Position numbers and translations under genes: made by a program. 64,000 nucleotides of DNA from Mobula hypostoma (taxonomy: Eukaryota), in the NCBI RefSeq assembly GCF_963921235.1, contig NC_086097.1, forward strand, positions 137,518,001 through 137,582,000, written 5' to 3'. Each line of letters starts with the position of its first letter. Position 1 is the stretch's first letter. Of this stretch, positions 63,335-64,000 are shown piece after piece. Below the pieces are notes generated by a model, which was given only the letters and a program-made list of their open reading frames with translations, searched no databases and was not told where the DNA came from.

Positions 63335-63870
63335 ATTATGGAAGCATTCAGCAGGTCAGGGAATATTGATCGAGAAACAGATTTAACATTTCAGTACTGA
63401 GACCTTTCATCAAAACTGGGAAAGAGTGAAAGCAAGTCAGTTTTCAGAAACAGAGAACATTGGGGAAAGATGGGTAGAACACAGGGAATACCTCTAATAG
63501 GTTGAGACAATGTGACAGTTAGAATCAGAAAGTTTCTGTTTCAGTGTTATGTACTGCTAATTGCAGATCCATCGGACATGTCAGCAGGCTAGACTAATTG
63601 AAAGAGAGAAACAGATGGACGACAGGCAGAAGTGCCAGTTCAGATGCGGACAGAAAGAAAGAGCGTGTTACCCAAAGTGGGAGTATTCAGTACTTAGTCC
63701 AGACGGCTGCAAAGTGACCAAGTGGAGGATGAACTGTTGTTCCCACTCAGGCTTGTGCTGATTTAGTCTGTAGTACTGTAGGAGTTTGCAGACAGATGGG
63801 TCAGTGGAACTGAGTGGGGAATTAAAGGAGAGAGATCAAGCCTGTAGGCCAAGAAGGCTGCACAACATAA
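63335..63870 (-). mobile_element. Old Penelope-like element remnant
   Basis: Minus strand 63668-63745 reads WEQQFILHLVTLQPSGLSTEYSHFG* (PLE endonuclease end); downstream decayed TTGATGAAAGGTCTC...TGAAATGTT hammerhead-like motif at ~63385-63420. Confidence 0.6.
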
Positions 63871-64000
63871 GATTGACAAAGAAGCATAAACTGATTCAGA
63901 CTGAGAAAGTCATTTGGTCACATTTTATTAGAGCTATTCCTTTATTCTACCTATCACTCACCTGCCTTTTGTTTTTGAAAAGATGGCCCTGAAATGTTAA

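Overview
Vertebrate genomic DNA. The repeat landscape (CR1, Rex/Babar, Penelope-like, fish-type L1, Gypsy) points to a cartilaginous fish; this is inference. The only host gene I can support is ABHD5 (CGI-58, ATGL co-activator) on the + strand. It has a CpG-island promoter at ~35.4-36.0 kb and six GT-AG coding exons (35790-35818, 42540-42625, 44690-45062, 50008-50162, 55234-55348, 60649-60835) that join into 315 uninterrupted codons. A clean final exon 7 is not found in the window. The rest is mostly nested transposon debris: a full-length L1 interrupted by two CR1 copies, a full-length decayed chromodomain Gypsy element filling intron 4, and hAT, Tc1, Tigger-like and solo-LTR elements. The most interesting signal is a Penelope-like repeat carrying minimal type-I hammerhead ribozyme motifs. 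Two copies with intact cores lie in the sense strand of ABHD5 introns, and one sits inside a 112-bp inverted repeat just after exon 6. I found no convincing wholly new biological system; findings are ranked hypotheses, and TE boundaries are approximate unless termini or TSDs are given.
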